A DNA stretch of 31,278 nt from a virus, in the IMG/VR virus record IMGVR_UViG_3300045988_019785, positions 1 through 31,278 of that record. One strand, given 5' to 3'. This document shows positions 1 through 9,393 of the stretch, piece by piece (within the stretch, counting starts at the first letter, position 1; every line of letters begins with the position of its first letter). A program made the translations under genes and the position numbers. The notes beneath the pieces were generated by a model that saw only the letters and a list, made by a program, of their open reading frames with translations, was not told the DNA's origin and searched no databases.

Positions 1-55
1 ATAGCGCTGCTGTGGCCTGGCTTGATGACAGCGCTGTCGAGGGTGACGCCGGCTC
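1..55. repeat. 55-bp exact terminal direct repeat (copy 1 of 2, identical to 31224..31278); closes a circular or circularly permuted 31,223-bp genome
   Basis: Compared by eye: atagcgctgctgtggcctggcttgatgacagcgctgtcgagggtgacgccggctc occurs at both window ends. The overlap lies inside one continuous ORF (the capsid gene), so it is an assembly or wrap overlap and not a biological terminal repeat. Confidence 0.95.
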
Positions 56-758
56 GACTGCTCAGGGCGCTAAGAAGAACAACATTCACTTCGTTAACCC
101 CAAGACCAACATTGAGGCACTGAAGAAGGTTACGGGTATCCTGGCATTCTCTGACGAAATGCTGGAGGATCATGCGTGGATGGCTTCGCACATTAACAAC
201 CGCGGCGTGTACCGCATCGCTGTAGCTGAGGAGAATCAGCTGCTGAATGGCTCTGGTCAGAATGGCCAGATTCAGGGTGTGCTGTCTAAGGCAGGCGTTA
301 TCTCTCGCGAGGTTGAGAAAACTGCTACTGTTCCTGAGTTTGGTGAGGCTGTGCTTGAGGGTGCGATGGACGTCCTTGAGCAGAGCGGTTTCCCGGCCGA
401 CGCTATCGTTCTCCACCCTCGTGACTATGCTGCTCAGCGTCTGGCTAAGGACAGCAACGGCCAGTACTTCGGTGGTGGCGCGTTCACTGGTGCGTACGGC
501 AACGGCCAGGTTCAGATTGTGCCTAGCTTGTGGGGCCTGAACACCGTTATCTCCCCGCGCATCCCCCAGGGCACTGCTCTGGTTGGTGCGTTCAAGGCTG
601 GCGGTATGCTTGTCCGTAAGGGCGGTGTCCGTATCGAGGCCACGAACTCACATGCGGACCTGTTCGTGTCCGACGTGACTGTGGTCCGTATGGAGATCCG
701 TGAGTTGCTGACCGTGACTCAGCCGAAAGCTTTCTGCAAGGTTTCTCGCAAGGCCTGA
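1..758 (+). CDS. Major capsid protein, C-terminal part (continues from 30797..31278 across the wrap; about 394 aa in total)
   Basis: The frame is continuous through the 55-bp overlap (...MTNSAAVAWLDDSAVEGDAGS...). The gene lies directly after the prohead protease. It has an N-terminal coiled-coil (delta-like) region followed by an HK97-fold-like body. Stop TGA at 756-758. Confidence 0.85.
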   Translation, partial: SAAVAWLDDSAVEGDAGSTAQGAKKNNIHFVNPKTNIEALKKVTGILAFSDEMLEDHAWMASHINNRGVYRIAVAEENQLLNGSGQNGQIQGVLSKAGVISREVEKTATVPEFGEAVLEGAMDVLEQSGFPADAIVLHPRDYAAQRLAKDSNGQYFGGGAFTGAYGNGQVQIVPSLWGLNTVISPRIPQGTALVGAFKAGGMLVRKGGVRIEATNSHADLFVSDVTVVRMEIRELLTVTQPKAFCKVSRKA

Positions 759-760
759 TC

Positions 761-1291
761 GTGGATCTTATTGGGGCTGATACTCTGGAAGCCCTAAGTA
801 AGGGGGTCATCAAAAAGGATGACCCCCTTACCCCTATTCTTATTAGGCAGGCTTCCGGACTTATTAGGGAATTCTGCGAATGGCATATCTACCCTTTGAT
901 CACTGAGACTAAGCGGATAGATCACAAGGGCGGACGCTTTATTAATCTGCCCACACTGATGCTTCAGGATGAGCCTACGATCGAGTATCTTGGTCATGAG
1001 CGTGTGGTTCAGGAATGGTCTGAAGCTGGTATGTGTAGGCTGAGTGATCCACTGCCTGCCGCTATGGGGGCTATTCAGGCTACGATGACTCATGGTTATA
1101 GTGAGCTGCCTGCTACTGTGGAGGTAGTTATGGCGTCTATTATTGTAGCTTCTAGGACTGCTCCGGTGGGTATTAATCAAGCTGCCGTGGGCTCAGTATC
1201 GAGTACGTTTGAAGTTCCTGGTGGGGGTATTCGATTGAGCGCTTATGCTAAGCGGGCACTCGATGGTTTTAGGTTGGTGTATCGTCCTTGA
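761..1291 (+). CDS. Head-tail connector/adaptor protein (gp6-like)
   Basis: 176-aa ORF with a GTG start 2 nt after the capsid stop. Its position immediately after the capsid gene and its N-terminal pattern (...ILIRQASGLIREFCEWHIYP...) are typical of head-tail adaptors. Its stop overlaps the next start (TTGA). Confidence 0.55.
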   Translation: MDLIGADTLEALSKGVIKKDDPLTPILIRQASGLIREFCEWHIYPLITETKRIDHKGGRFINLPTLMLQDEPTIEYLGHERVVQEWSEAGMCRLSDPLPAAMGAIQATMTHGYSELPATVEVVMASIIVASRTAPVGINQAAVGSVSSTFEVPGGGIRLSAYAKRALDGFRLVYRP

Positions 1292-1668
1292 GCTTTCCCT
1301 TTCTAACTAATGGTTATATCTGGGTGGCTCGACTTCAAGACAAGTACGATGACCGGGGTAATCTGATTCAAGATCAGGTAGCTAAGGAATTCACTATCCA
1401 GGGCTGCTCTATTCAGCAGCCTAGTGCTGCTGAGCTGTCTGGTGATAGGCAGGGTGACGGTCAGTGGACGTACACGGTGTATGCACCACTGACTGCATCC
1501 GTGCAGGCTAAGGACCTGGTCATCCTCAGCTGGGACCACAAAGGTACGCCGGGAGAATGGTTCAACAAGACCACACCTGTGTACAGAGTGTCAGGCGTTC
1601 CCGGTGTGTGGTCTTACGATTACCTAGGCCTTAGTCACCAGGTGATTAAGCTTGTGGCGGTGGACTGA
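1288..1668 (+). CDS. Head-closure / head-tail joining protein
   Basis: 126-aa ORF, translationally coupled on both sides (TTGA and TGATG overlaps). The call rests on position in the connector module only. Confidence 0.5.
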   Translation: MSFPFLTNGYIWVARLQDKYDDRGNLIQDQVAKEFTIQGCSIQQPSAAELSGDRQGDGQWTYTVYAPLTASVQAKDLVILSWDHKGTPGEWFNKTTPVYRVSGVPGVWSYDYLGLSHQVIKLVAVD

Positions 1669-1934
1669 TGCTTGAGAAGCTCGAATTCCACGATGAGGGA
1701 TTCCAGGAAATGCTTAAGTCATCTGAGGTTGCCTCAGTCCTGAACGATATGGCCCAGAAGATATGTGACCAGGCTAACGACAATGCTGGCCGTGATGACG
1801 CGTTTGAGTGGTCGGGCTATGTGGGCCAGACTCGGGCTAGGGCTACGGTGAGGCCGGCTAGCTTTTATGGGGCTAAGTCTGAGGCTGACAATAAGACACT
1901 GACTAGTGCGTTTGGGAGTTACACTCATGGGTAA
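1668..1934 (+). CDS. Hypothetical protein in the neck/connector module
   Basis: 88-aa ORF coupled to both neighbours. No motif recognised. Confidence 0.45.
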   Translation: MLEKLEFHDEGFQEMLKSSEVASVLNDMAQKICDQANDNAGRDDAFEWSGYVGQTRARATVRPASFYGAKSEADNKTLTSAFGSYTHG

Positions 1935-2346
1935 GTATGTAGCCGAGTTCCCTGACGCTGAGGCTGCCTGTATTATGGGGCTGCGGGCCCATCTACAGGG
2001 GGTACCTGTCAGGCAGCAGGCAGACAAACTAGGAACTCGACAGTGTGTGGTCAAGCTGACTAGTTCTGGTACCCGCTTAGATCCTCGTAGAGTGAGGGTC
2101 CAGCTTACCGTCACATGCTGGGGTAAGGACAACACTGATAGCACAGAAGCCTTTAACCTGGCAGCTAAATGTCTTAACTGGGTTGAAGAGAGACCCTATT
2201 ATGGGCATATGGGTAAATACCCTTGCTATAAAGTAGATATAGTTTCTTACCCTTATTATGACCCTGACAGTAGCCAGACGACTGGTGGCTCAGGGATCGC
2301 TCGATATTCTTTTACGTTCCGTATGATTCTAGCAGGAGTGAACTAA
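1927..2346 (+). CDS. Tail terminator / tail completion protein
   Basis: ATG at 1927 overlaps the upstream stop (ATGGGTAA). The ORF-track start at 1906 is a less likely upstream extension. The gene lies directly before the major tail gene. The pattern ...RVQLTVTCWG... resembles siphovirus tail terminators. Confidence 0.55.
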   Translation: MGKYVAEFPDAEAACIMGLRAHLQGVPVRQQADKLGTRQCVVKLTSSGTRLDPRRVRVQLTVTCWGKDNTDSTEAFNLAAKCLNWVEERPYYGHMGKYPCYKVDIVSYPYYDPDSSQTTGGSGIARYSFTFRMILAGVN

Positions 2347-2937
2347 ATGGCTGTAAATAACCGTAATGTGCTGGCAGGCCGTCCGGATCAGGCAGTGACT
2401 GGAGCTATCCTGTCCACTACTACTCTGGTGACTACTCTTCCCAGTGATCTGTATAATCTCGATCTAGGTACTCTTAAGATGACGGACTCGGGATATGTTA
2501 GTGATGCTGGCCTGACTCTGTCGGTTAAGCGTTCAACTAACGACATCAAGGACTGGTCTCAGTCTGTGGTTAAGAAGATCCTGAGTGAGTTCTCGGGTTC
2601 TATTAAGTGGTCTCACCTTGAGGTTTCTGAGGGCTCGGCGAAGAACTTCTTCGGTGAGAACAACGTCACGGTTACCCCGAAGACGACTTCTCAGGGTACT
2701 CGTCTGCTGATGAAGCTCCGCGCGGATGAGCTGCCACACAAGACCTGGTGCTTCCGTATGAAGGACGGCGACGCTAAGATCATCATCTGGGTTCCTGATG
2801 GCCAGATCACTGAGGCTGATGATATTACGTTCGCTGCTAGTGACGCCATCAAGCTGCCTGTGACTCTGACTTGCTACCCGGATGCCCAGGGTAACTCGTT
2901 GTACATCGCCACTGATGACGGGGTGACTGGGGCGTGA
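2347..2937 (+). CDS. Major tail protein
   Basis: 196 aa. Position is terminator, then this gene, then chaperones and tape measure. The N-terminus MAVNNRNVLAGRPDQAVTGAI... and the Ser/Thr-rich beta-type composition are typical of siphovirus tail tube proteins. Confidence 0.75.
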   Translation: MAVNNRNVLAGRPDQAVTGAILSTTTLVTTLPSDLYNLDLGTLKMTDSGYVSDAGLTLSVKRSTNDIKDWSQSVVKKILSEFSGSIKWSHLEVSEGSAKNFFGENNVTVTPKTTSQGTRLLMKLRADELPHKTWCFRMKDGDAKIIIWVPDGQITEADDITFAASDAIKLPVTLTCYPDAQGNSLYIATDDGVTGA

Positions 2938-3263
2938 GTAAGGTATTTCAGCTCGATGGCCCTAAGGCTACGGACAATTTTAAGTTCCGTATGCCGGGGT
3001 CTAAAGTCACTCATGAGTTGCCCTCGCTTCAGAAGCTGCCTGTGGGTATCCGCAAGCGTATGGGTGATCTAGCCGGGGCTATTCAGGCTCAGCAGGAGCG
3101 TGGTAAGAAGCCCACGTCCAAGCAGACTTCCGAATTGCTTGATTTCCAGCTTGATTTGCTTGAACACTATGTTCCGGGTATCACTAGTCAGCTGGACGAC
3201 GACATGTTTATGGCTCTTATGGAGGCGTGGAAAGAGCACTCTGAAATCAGCATGGGGGAATAA
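2934..3263 (+). CDS. Tail assembly chaperone (gpG-like)
   Basis: 109-aa acidic ORF immediately upstream of the tape measure gene. GTGA overlap with the major tail stop. It ends 2 codons after a G5 slippery run. Confidence 0.6.
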   Translation: MSKVFQLDGPKATDNFKFRMPGSKVTHELPSLQKLPVGIRKRMGDLAGAIQAQQERGKKPTSKQTSELLDFQLDLLEHYVPGITSQLDDDMFMALMEAWKEHSEISMGE

Positions 3264-3628
3264 TAGGGCTAGTGGGGGTGTGGCATAATCACCCACTAGC
3301 CCTAGAGCGTGAGCTCATTGGGCTAGGTTTGAGGTCCCGCCAGATAGGTTCGGATGAGCTTACCTGGCGGGACCTTCAGGCTATAGTCAGCCACGCTGAG
3401 CCAGGAGGGCCGCTGGCTAAGGATCTAGGCTATGTGTGGACCACAGACGGCTACATGCTAGCTAACATCTACGACGTCCTCGCTGGGGCCAACTGGCAGC
3501 GTGCTGGCAAGTCAAGTGAGCCTCCACCTAAGCCTATTCGAAGGCCAAATGAGATTAGGGATGATGAGCGTGCTTTCGGGTATGACCCCATCCCTCTAAG
3601 TGAATTCAATGATTGGTGGGATGCCTAA
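3245..3628 (+). CDS. -1 frame extension of the tail assembly chaperone (gpGT-like frameshift product, T part)
   Basis: The -1 frame relative to 2934..3263 is open from 3245 to 3628 and ends exactly at the tape measure ATG (TAATG). The G-run in ATG-GGG-GAA (3252-3260) lies just before the stop TAA at 3261-3263. The conserved G/GT arrangement of siphoviruses supports the call. Confidence 0.5.
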   Translation, partial: NQHGGIIGLVGVWHNHPLALERELIGLGLRSRQIGSDELTWRDLQAIVSHAEPGGPLAKDLGYVWTTDGYMLANIYDVLAGANWQRAGKSSEPPPKPIRRPNEIRDDERAFGYDPIPLSEFNDWWDA

Positions 3629-5982
3629 TGGCTTCTGTTGAGCTAGCTACAGGTTACTATCAGCTAGTGCCTTCAATGAAAGGCAACAAGGAAGCTATTG
3701 TAGGAGAAATCACTGGGGCTGTAAACGAGGGGTCCGATAAGGCTGGCAAAGAAGGTGGCGCAAGGCTGTCTACTAGGCTGGCTGAAGGGCTTAAAGGTAG
3801 CTCTCTTGCAGCCCTCGGTGCAGGTGTGGCCGCGGGTATAGGCGCTGCCCTCTACAAAGTTGGTGAGACTTTCGATGAGGTCACTGACACTATCCGCACT
3901 GGTACTGGCGCTACGGGTGAGGCTCTCGACGGACTAGTCGATGTTGCTAAGCGTGTGGGCTCTACTACTCCAGCTGAGTTCTCCAAGATTGCCCCTGTGG
4001 TTGCTGACTTGAATACCAGGCTAGGTCTGACTGGCGAGGACCTCGAGACTGTGGCTAAGCAGGTTCTTGAGGCTGGTCGGCTGCTCGGTCAGGATGTCGA
4101 TATCAGCAAGACTACAGCGGCGTTTAGTGCTTTTGGCCTTGAGGCTAAGCAGATTCCTGGAGCTATGGATGACTTGTTCAGGGTCAGCCAGGCTACTGGT
4201 TTAGGTTTCAATGACCTAGCCCAGAAAACCGCTCAGGCTGCTCCTACAATGAAGGCTCTTGGATTTGGGTTCCAAGACACAGCGGCAATGATCGGTGCCT
4301 TCGACAAGGCCGGGCTTAATTCAAGCCAGATCATGACCTCTATGACAAAGGGTCTTACTACTCTGGCTAAGTCCGGTGAGGAGCCTAAGGAAGCCTTCAA
4401 GCGAGTTACCGGTGAAATCAGTGGTTATATCCAGACAGGTAATGAAGCTGCTGCTCTTAAACTTGCTAGTAAGTTGTTTGGTACTAAGGGTGCTACCCAG
4501 TTTGTGGAGGCACTAAAGCAGGGCAAGATCGGTGCTGAGGACATGATGAAGTCCATCGGCGCTACTGATGACACTATTCTTGGTGTGGCCGGTGAGACGT
4601 CGGACTTCGCTGAGAAGTGGCAGATAGTTCAGAACAATGCTCAGCTCGCTCTAGAACCTCTAGGGTCTGCGGTGTTCAGTACTCTTGCTGACGTCTTGTC
4701 GGCTATGGCGCCTACTCTTCAGGATATAGGTAACTGGCTGAAAGAGAACACATGGGCGTTCGGAGCTCTGGGTGCGGCTATAGCAGGTATCCTGATCCCT
4801 GCCTTCGTTACGTGGGTGGCAGGTATCTGGGCGTCTACGGCAGCTCTTCTTGCCAGCCCCATCACGTGGATTGTGGTCGGTATAGCCGCTCTTGCTGCCG
4901 GACTTGTCCTCCTGATTGCTAACTGGCAGGCTGTATCTGACTTCATCGGTGGTGTGTGGAACGCTACTGTGGAGGGAGCTGGGCACCTGTGGGAAGACTT
5001 TGTCAGAGGCCTGACGGAGTTCGCTACGGGCATCGGCCAGTGGTTTATGGAAGGTCTAACCGGGGCTGGGCAGCAGATTGCTGAGTTCTTTGCTGGCCTA
5101 CCTCAGATGATCCTGGACGGCCTAGCCGCTCTGGGCGAGGTTACCTTGATGATTGTGGGCTTCTCTATAGGTATCTTCGCTGGTCTGATTGTGGGATTCG
5201 TACAATTCCTGGGGTACATTCCAGGGTGGCTCGCCTCTGTGGGTGAGTGGCTGATGTCGCTTCCTGGCAAGGTACTTGAGTGGCTTGCGGGACTTGGCCA
5301 GCTTGCTGGTAAGGCGGCTGAGTGGTTTGGCGGGTTCTTCCAGAGTATGGTCCGCAAGGGTGGCGAGATTATTGAGTGGGTTAAGCAACTGCCTGGAAAG
5401 ATCATTGGAGGTATAGCGTCACTGGCGTCGAGCCTCCCTCAGAAAGCGTCTGAGGCGTGGAACGGATTCCTCCGTAAGGCTCAGGAGCTAGGTGGCCAGG
5501 TTGCTGAATTCGCGCGCTCGCTGCCAGGTAAAATCACTGGGGCTCTTGGTGACCTAGGTAGCTTGCTGGTTAGGTCTGGTGGCGCTCTTGTGGATGGATT
5601 CTTGCGAGGTATCCAGGGAGCGTGGAACTCCCTTGTGGGCTGGGTCAAGCAGGGCATGGATTGGTTGCGTGGTCTGTGGCCTTTCTCCCCGGCTAAGTGG
5701 GGGCCTTTCTCGGGTAAGGGATATGTTACTCACTCTGGTAAAGCGATTATTCGAGATTTCGCTGATAGTCTTAAGAATGAGCAGCCTTATCTGCTTGATT
5801 CAGCTAAGAGTGTTATGGGTGACTTCCAGTCGAATTTCCAACCTAACCTGAACGGTGTTCAACCTGCTTATGCCGGAGCTAATGCTGGAGGTAATACCAG
5901 TAGGGTCAATGTCAACGCCTATAGCAGCGACCCATACGCTACTGCTGAGGAAGTTGCCCGGCAGCTTAGGAGATTGATGTGA
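3628..5982 (+). CDS. Tape measure protein
   Basis: About 784 aa, the largest structural ORF. It has an alpha-helical, Ala/Gly-rich N-terminus, a long hydrophobic central segment and a repetitive C-terminal half. ATG at 3628 overlaps the upstream stop, so the ORF-track start at 3613 is less likely. Confidence 0.9.
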   Translation: MASVELATGYYQLVPSMKGNKEAIVGEITGAVNEGSDKAGKEGGARLSTRLAEGLKGSSLAALGAGVAAGIGAALYKVGETFDEVTDTIRTGTGATGEALDGLVDVAKRVGSTTPAEFSKIAPVVADLNTRLGLTGEDLETVAKQVLEAGRLLGQDVDISKTTAAFSAFGLEAKQIPGAMDDLFRVSQATGLGFNDLAQKTAQAAPTMKALGFGFQDTAAMIGAFDKAGLNSSQIMTSMTKGLTTLAKSGEEPKEAFKRVTGEISGYIQTGNEAAALKLASKLFGTKGATQFVEALKQGKIGAEDMMKSIGATDDTILGVAGETSDFAEKWQIVQNNAQLALEPLGSAVFSTLADVLSAMAPTLQDIGNWLKENTWAFGALGAAIAGILIPAFVTWVAGIWASTAALLASPITWIVVGIAALAAGLVLLIANWQAVSDFIGGVWNATVEGAGHLWEDFVRGLTEFATGIGQWFMEGLTGAGQQIAEFFAGLPQMILDGLAALGEVTLMIVGFSIGIFAGLIVGFVQFLGYIPGWLASVGEWLMSLPGKVLEWLAGLGQLAGKAAEWFGGFFQSMVRKGGEIIEWVKQLPGKIIGGIASLASSLPQKASEAWNGFLRKAQELGGQVAEFARSLPGKITGALGDLGSLLVRSGGALVDGFLRGIQGAWNSLVGWVKQGMDWLRGLWPFSPAKWGPFSGKGYVTHSGKAIIRDFADSLKNEQPYLLDSAKSVMGDFQSNFQPNLNGVQPAYAGANAGGNTSRVNVNAYSSDPYATAEEVARQLRRLM

Positions 5983-6821
5983 AAGAAGTCACGTGGAATG
6001 GCCACGTGATCAACGGTGGGGACTGGGTTGTGAGTGAGTGCAAGCTCTTCGGCTCAGCCCCTGCCGTTGCGCAGAGTGGCCAGCGTGTGGGCTATGATGG
6101 TATATGGCGTACTAAGGCCTACCACGGTGCTAAGTCTGGCGCTATAAAGGGGTATTATGTAGGGCAGTCTCTTGAGGATGCCGAGGAGGCGATGGAGACC
6201 CTCCTAAGTGTGGCCTCAATTAACCCTACACCTCTGACTGTTAATACCCCGCGTGGGCCTAAGACAATGTACGTGGCCAGGGATAGTGCTCTTGATATAA
6301 CGTTCCTGGCTAATGGGTCAGCATTCGAGTGGGGAGCTACTCTGATAGCTCCTGACCCTGTGTGGTGGCGTGGAGGCCAGACTCCTGATGGCCAGATTGA
6401 TGACCAGTACACGGCTAAGCATAGGCTGTATCTACCCAATCTAACTGGCGGTATTAAGTTCCCTCTAAAATACCCTATATCTTTCTTGGAGTCGGGTAAC
6501 TATGGGTCGGTCACGGTAAGCTCTGGGTACCACAACAGGGTTAGCCTTAAGCTTTACGGGTATGTTCAGATACCGTCTGTGATCTTCTCTGGCCCTGGTG
6601 GTGCTGGCCGGCTGAGGTGGGACTTCACCCTACAGCAAGACGAGTGGTTAGACGTTGATTTGACTAACCGCACGTCACTTAGGCAGGGGCAATCTTCTGC
6701 TGCCCCTACTATAAGGGAATGGCCCACACTGGATCGAGGGGAACTGACGATTGGGTTCAGGTCTGATGTGTATTCCCCTACTGCTTACCTTGATGTAATT
6801 GTGAGACAGGTGACTATATAA
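5979..6821 (+). CDS. Distal tail protein (Dit-like minor tail protein)
   Basis: 280 aa, directly after the tape measure gene (ATGTGA overlap). The N-terminal pattern resembles the siphovirus tail (Dit) family. Confidence 0.6.
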   Translation: MKEVTWNGHVINGGDWVVSECKLFGSAPAVAQSGQRVGYDGIWRTKAYHGAKSGAIKGYYVGQSLEDAEEAMETLLSVASINPTPLTVNTPRGPKTMYVARDSALDITFLANGSAFEWGATLIAPDPVWWRGGQTPDGQIDDQYTAKHRLYLPNLTGGIKFPLKYPISFLESGNYGSVTVSSGYHNRVSLKLYGYVQIPSVIFSGPGGAGRLRWDFTLQQDEWLDVDLTNRTSLRQGQSSAAPTIREWPTLDRGELTIGFRSDVYSPTAYLDVIVRQVTI

Positions 6822-7711
6822 TGGCTCTCGATAATGTGCTACCTATTGGTGGTAATGTTTCAGTGAATGCCGCTGAATTCAGGCGGCTCGATGTGGGCTC
6901 TACTATGGTCCACGATACCCACCCTCTGGCGTGTAGGCCTGGTGTTACCTCTGGTATGACACCTAGCCTCAATGGCAGTCAGATTCGCGTCAGCTCTGGC
7001 ACGGCTATTGTGACCCCTGTGGCCTCGAATAACGGTAGCTACAGGGTGTCTAACGTTGATGATGTTAGCTTGCCGCTGTATGCTAAGGACACGTCGTACC
7101 CGCGTACTGATATTCTGGTGCTAAAAGTGTATGACGGTACTGTGGACGGCTCTAACAAGTACCAGGCCTCGTTCGAAATGATTAAGGGTACAGCGTCGGC
7201 TAGTTTCCCTACGCCAGCTACTCCGTCTGGTGCGCTGCTTATAGCACGCATTATTGTGTCTACTACGGGTAGCCCTACGCTTTACGATGCTAGGCAGTAT
7301 ACCTGTGCGGTGGGCGGCACTATCCCGTGCTATTCGAATAGCCGGCCCACTACGTGGTTCCTTCAGAAGGGCCAGCGCATCTATGAACTGGACACCAACA
7401 AGGTCATGCTGTGGACTGGCAGTTCGTGGCGTGAGGATACTGTGATTCCTCAGGTTACTCTTCCCCGTATCCCTGCTATCGCGTCGGGTACAGTGACTGC
7501 TAGCTCGGCCGGACCTGCTGTGTTTACTATCCAGTTCCCTCCGGGGCGTTTCTCGAGTGCACCGCGTGTTGTGGCCTCGGTTAGGTCCGCTTCTGGAGAC
7601 TTCACTTGGGATACACCTAAACCATATAATGTAACTGCGACACAATTTCAGATGTTCGTTAAGAATGGCCGGGGTTGTGACTTCGACTGGATAGCGGTAG
7701 AGAACGGCTAA
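6821..7711 (+). CDS. Minor tail protein
   Basis: 296 aa with TAATG coupling on both sides. Ser/Thr/Val-rich beta composition within the tail-tip module. Confidence 0.55.
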   Translation: MALDNVLPIGGNVSVNAAEFRRLDVGSTMVHDTHPLACRPGVTSGMTPSLNGSQIRVSSGTAIVTPVASNNGSYRVSNVDDVSLPLYAKDTSYPRTDILVLKVYDGTVDGSNKYQASFEMIKGTASASFPTPATPSGALLIARIIVSTTGSPTLYDARQYTCAVGGTIPCYSNSRPTTWFLQKGQRIYELDTNKVMLWTGSSWREDTVIPQVTLPRIPAIASGTVTASSAGPAVFTIQFPPGRFSSAPRVVASVRSASGDFTWDTPKPYNVTATQFQMFVKNGRGCDFDWIAVENG

Positions 7712-8775
7712 TGATAACATGGCATTCATTTGCCGCTCTTGACGGCAGGCCTCTTACTGAACTGCCAGGGCTGTCAGTGAAGTCTAGCCTGTCATCCATC
7801 ATTGGGCGGGGAGATTCCGTGACTGTGAGCCTCCCCGTCTGTGATAGGTGGCCAGCTAACTGGCGTGACGGTACTCAGCCTATGCGAGCTGTCCTGGCAG
7901 CTATAGAAGACAACATTGTCCTGTGGGCTGGCTGGGTAGAGAAGCGCTCATACGGGTCAGGTGAGGCCATGGAGCTGACTCTACAGCCTGCCGAGGAGTG
8001 GCTGAAGCGCAACTATATCCCTGAACTGGTTTTCAGGGACCAACGGTATACCACGATCGCTAGAGGAATAGGTCTAGACCGCCTGGTAGCTCAGTTTAAT
8101 GGGCGTCTGGACGAGGATCCTACCCTTGATTGGGGTGATAGGACGTACCGTGCTGACCAGGATATGACATGTCTGGCCGGTCTCCAGAACCTCATGAAGA
8201 CTAGGCATGGTGCTGAGTTCGCTACATCGTGGGAATTGCACGAGAACGGTCACCTCGGCATTGTGGTCCACACCGCGTATAGGCTTGGCGGTGTAGGTAA
8301 GGACACTGCTGGTGCTGCTGTGCTGTCTCAAGGTAGCTGGCAGCAGGTTGAGGACTGCTCTGACGGTAAAGGAGCCACTATCTGGCGTGTGGTCTCGAAT
8401 AGATCTGGGGATGAGCGCAAGGAATTCGCTACATCTAATGGTCAGGTCCTGCAATACGGCTGGCTAGAGCTCGAGAGACGCTGGACTCCTGACACAGGGT
8501 CAGTGGATGATGCTGTGCTACAGCAGTATATGTACGCGGCTAAGGAGAGCCAGTCCTACGGGCTGACGTCTATTAGTGTGGAGACTACGTTGGGCCACTT
8601 TATGCCAGGCCGTGACTTCGTTCTAGGTGACTATGTTGATGTTGACATGACTAATCTTAGTAACCCTGAGCTGCAATTCAAAGGTAAAGCCAGGGTTATC
8701 GGGTGGGTATGTGATCCTGACCCTGTATCTGGTGAGATCACTAAGATTAAACCAATGCTTTCATTGGAGGATTGA
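7711..8775 (+). CDS. Minor tail protein (Tal-like baseplate hub N-terminal type)
   Basis: 354 aa. The N-terminal pattern (MITWHSFAALDGRPLTELPGLSVKSSLSSIIGRGDSVTVSLPV...IVLWAGWVE) resembles actinophage Tal/gp27-like tail proteins. Confidence 0.5.
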   Translation: MITWHSFAALDGRPLTELPGLSVKSSLSSIIGRGDSVTVSLPVCDRWPANWRDGTQPMRAVLAAIEDNIVLWAGWVEKRSYGSGEAMELTLQPAEEWLKRNYIPELVFRDQRYTTIARGIGLDRLVAQFNGRLDEDPTLDWGDRTYRADQDMTCLAGLQNLMKTRHGAEFATSWELHENGHLGIVVHTAYRLGGVGKDTAGAAVLSQGSWQQVEDCSDGKGATIWRVVSNRSGDERKEFATSNGQVLQYGWLELERRWTPDTGSVDDAVLQQYMYAAKESQSYGLTSISVETTLGHFMPGRDFVLGDYVDVDMTNLSNPELQFKGKARVIGWVCDPDPVSGEITKIKPMLSLED

Positions 8776-9392
8776 TGAGTTTCGACCCAACAACGGTCGA
8801 TAGGCCGTCTAATGACCAGGGTATTAGGGAGGTAGTTAACCGCCTAGAGGGTCTCGAGAGCCGCATTAACGAGCTTACAGCCACTATTGGCGGTGAAGGG
8901 GCGGTGTATAATCGCTCTCTGTTCCACGTTAAGGGGCATGCTAAGTTTGATGGCACCCTCGAGATCGCTGAAGGTCTGATTGGTGACAAGGCACTCAAGT
9001 CTCAGATCAGCGTTGATTCTGGTAATTCGAGGAATCTTGACTGGTCTCCGGTTACTAGCTGGACCACAGGGGTGTCTACGTTCGTTGTGGCCCCATCGTG
9101 GGCTACTAAAGCGCTGGTCATAGCGGGCGGTTCCATCATGCCTAACTACGACGCTAACGCTGGCACCCCTGCATGCTGGGGCAGAGTCGAATGTAGGGGT
9201 CAGTATAGCCCTGATTTCTTGTCTTTCTTGGGGTCATCGGCTATCCCATCCAATATTTCGTGGCCATTCTTTACTGTACCTGATCCACGTGAGGGGGGGA
9301 TTGAGGTTAATTGCCAGGCTAAGTTGTATAGCGGTAGCTCTAATAGAGGCGGACGCTGTTTCGTGTCCGCTGTTGTACTGTGGTTGAGGTGA
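8772..9392 (+). CDS. Minor tail protein, candidate receptor-binding/fibre protein
   Basis: 206 aa. It has a short N-terminal coiled coil (RLEGLESRINELTATIGG) followed by a beta-rich C-terminal domain. It is the last gene of the tail module. Confidence 0.4.
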   Translation: MMSFDPTTVDRPSNDQGIREVVNRLEGLESRINELTATIGGEGAVYNRSLFHVKGHAKFDGTLEIAEGLIGDKALKSQISVDSGNSRNLDWSPVTSWTTGVSTFVVAPSWATKALVIAGGSIMPNYDANAGTPACWGRVECRGQYSPDFLSFLGSSAIPSNISWPFFTVPDPREGGIEVNCQAKLYSGSSNRGGRCFVSAVVLWLR

Positions 9393-9393
9393 T

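Noticed and set aside
7121-7729. 202-aa ORF on the minus strand antisense to the minor tail genes. The same applies to 794..1180, 1734..2144, 4660..5033, 5103..5405 and 8074..8454.
   Set aside because: These are shadow ORFs inside long, translationally coupled + strand structural genes. Their products are low-complexity and Arg/Ser/Pro-rich, and they have no RBS or promoter context.
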